From NCBI RefSeq assembly GCF_006345805.1, contig NC_043000.1, positions 56,668,001 to 56,732,000 on the forward strand: 64,000 nt of DNA. Direction: 5' to 3'. Position numbers and translations under genes: made by a program. Shown here one piece after another: positions 62,271 through 64,000 of this stretch. The notes under the pieces are model-generated. The model had not been told where the DNA came from, made no database searches, and worked only from the letters and a program-made list of their open reading frames with translations. The DNA is from Octopus sinensis (lineage: Eukaryota). Position 1 is the first letter of the stretch. Every line of letters starts with the position of its first letter.

Positions 62271-63060
62271 CCCATGATCTTCTGCAACCTAATGCAAACT
62301 GCATGAACATTGTGCTACAACTACAATAATTTCATTCAGATTATATGACTGAGAAAGTCTTGAAATGTTCATAGACTTAGGAATGCTATTATTCCAAACT
62401 AAGCATAAAGGACTATTATTATTTAAAAATCCTTAATATTATACAAAAAAAAAATTTAACACAGCTGTATCTTTTTTACATGTTTGAATTAAAAGCTTTT
62501 CCTTACACAAATATATATGTGTGTGTGTATAAACACACACACGTTGGTAGGTGAGAGATAGGTAAGACAGTGCATGTGTTTGATTGTAAGAGAGTATGTA
62601 TTTTGTGTATATTTATGTATGTATGTCAAACAAGAAGAAATTTTATAAGAAAGAAAACTAGAAAAAAGACTTCGTGCAGTCATGATAATTTGCTTAAAAA
62701 TCTTATGTCTGCTCCATCAAAGTTGACCTGAGGCTATGCAACAACTAAAAATGTGTTTCTTCATCTTTCTTAACCAAATTCTAATAATTTCCTCTTTCTT
62801 TTCCTTCTTTTCCTGTTTGATTTCCTATCTATTGTCCCAACACACAAAGAAGAAAAAGAAGAAGAAGAAGAAGAAGAAGAAAAAAAAAATTGTTTAAATT
62901 TCATGCAACGGCTCCCAAATGGAGCACTTTTGAGACCAAATTCTCTTCAAGAAATCTTGGAGTGTGTCTATTTTCTTTAAGTGATTATATTAGGATTTAT
63001 GATAAACTCTGGCAGAAAAACAACAATAACAATAACAACAACAGCAACAACAACAACAAC

Positions 63061-63103
<43 letters not shown>

Positions 63104-63779
63104 TGTTCTATAAAGTTTAGCTATATCAGCACAAGAAATAAGCTGGAAAATACAGAAAATTCCAATGGAACACATCATTTATTCATTACCAAAGTCTTCC
63201 ATTCCGTTGCAGTGATTTCATTGTATCTTCAGGCAAAGTACCAATGTTCTCTCACTCTTTATTTGTCCCTCTTTCTCTTTCATTTATTCTTTCTCTCTTT
63301 CCCTTTAATTTATTCTTTCTATCTATCTATCTATCTATCTGCCTAACTTTGTATCTACTTCTCTTTCATTTTCCTCTCTCACTCTCACTATCTCTCACTC
63401 TCACTCTCTCTCTCTCTCTCAATCGTTTTCTATTCTTTTTCATTGAATAAAATAGGCATCACTTTGAATTGATGGTTGATTTGTTAAAATGAGCAATTGC
63501 CTTTAATCAGCTGCTGCAACGATTTATGTAAATTTGACTTTACTTGGCTTCAGTCTATCAGGCATTGTTAGGTTGCAGTCTGTAGAATAAAGAAGTGAAA
63601 TCTTCCAAGGAAGCTTGATGCATAGAAACATGCATTTCATCCCCAGCAGCTTTTGTCTTGTGAATAGCACCGAAATATTTATCACAGCTCCATTGGATTA
63701 TCAACGTCATCAACATCATAAGCATCATCATGATCATCATCAACATCATCATGAGGCTGGACACTCCACCAGTTACAAC

Positions 63780-64000
63780 AACAAGTGTTCCAGTTGATTC
63801 GATCAACAGAACAGCCTGCTTGTGAAATTAATGAGCAAGTGATTGAGCACTCCATGGACGCATGTACCCTTCATGTAGTTCTCAGGGTGAATCAGCATGA
63901 CACATACAATGTGACAAAGCTGGCCCTTTGAAATACAGGTACAACTCATTTTTGCCAGCTGAGTGAATTGGAGCAACATGAGATATGTGTCTTGTTCAAG
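63780..64000 (-). mobile_element. SINE family D 3' part (runs off the window)
   Basis: Reverse complement of the 52990-53170 region. Confidence 0.75.

Overview
AT-rich eukaryotic non-coding DNA (intron-like or intergenic), dominated by microsatellites and transposable-element remains. The SINE/MITE repertoire looks like that of an Octopus-type cephalopod genome (inference from recalled repeat families, not a database hit). No intact host protein-coding gene could be assembled; most ORF-track entries are microsatellite translations. Supported elements: a Tc1, two mariners, three DD37D (maT-like) remnants, mariner- and piggyBac-type MITEs, a decayed Academ-like transposon (XPG/FEN-like nuclease plus Cys8), two tandem Helitrons, RTE, R4/Dong-like, RLE-type and CR1-like non-LTR fragments, four tRNA-SINE or SINE-like families, and several Penelope-like (PLE) remnants. 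The most striking signal is a set of minimal type I hammerhead ribozyme (HHR) motifs from at least five unrelated sequence families. Two stand out: (i) a ~265-nt, highly structured, retrozyme-like unit at 47.7-47.96 kb, and (ii) a young PLE insertion at 38.5-39.1 kb whose ~175-bp inverted arms each carry an HHR with a compensatory U3-A8 core pair in place of C3-G8. All folds were done by eye and need computational and biochemical confirmation.
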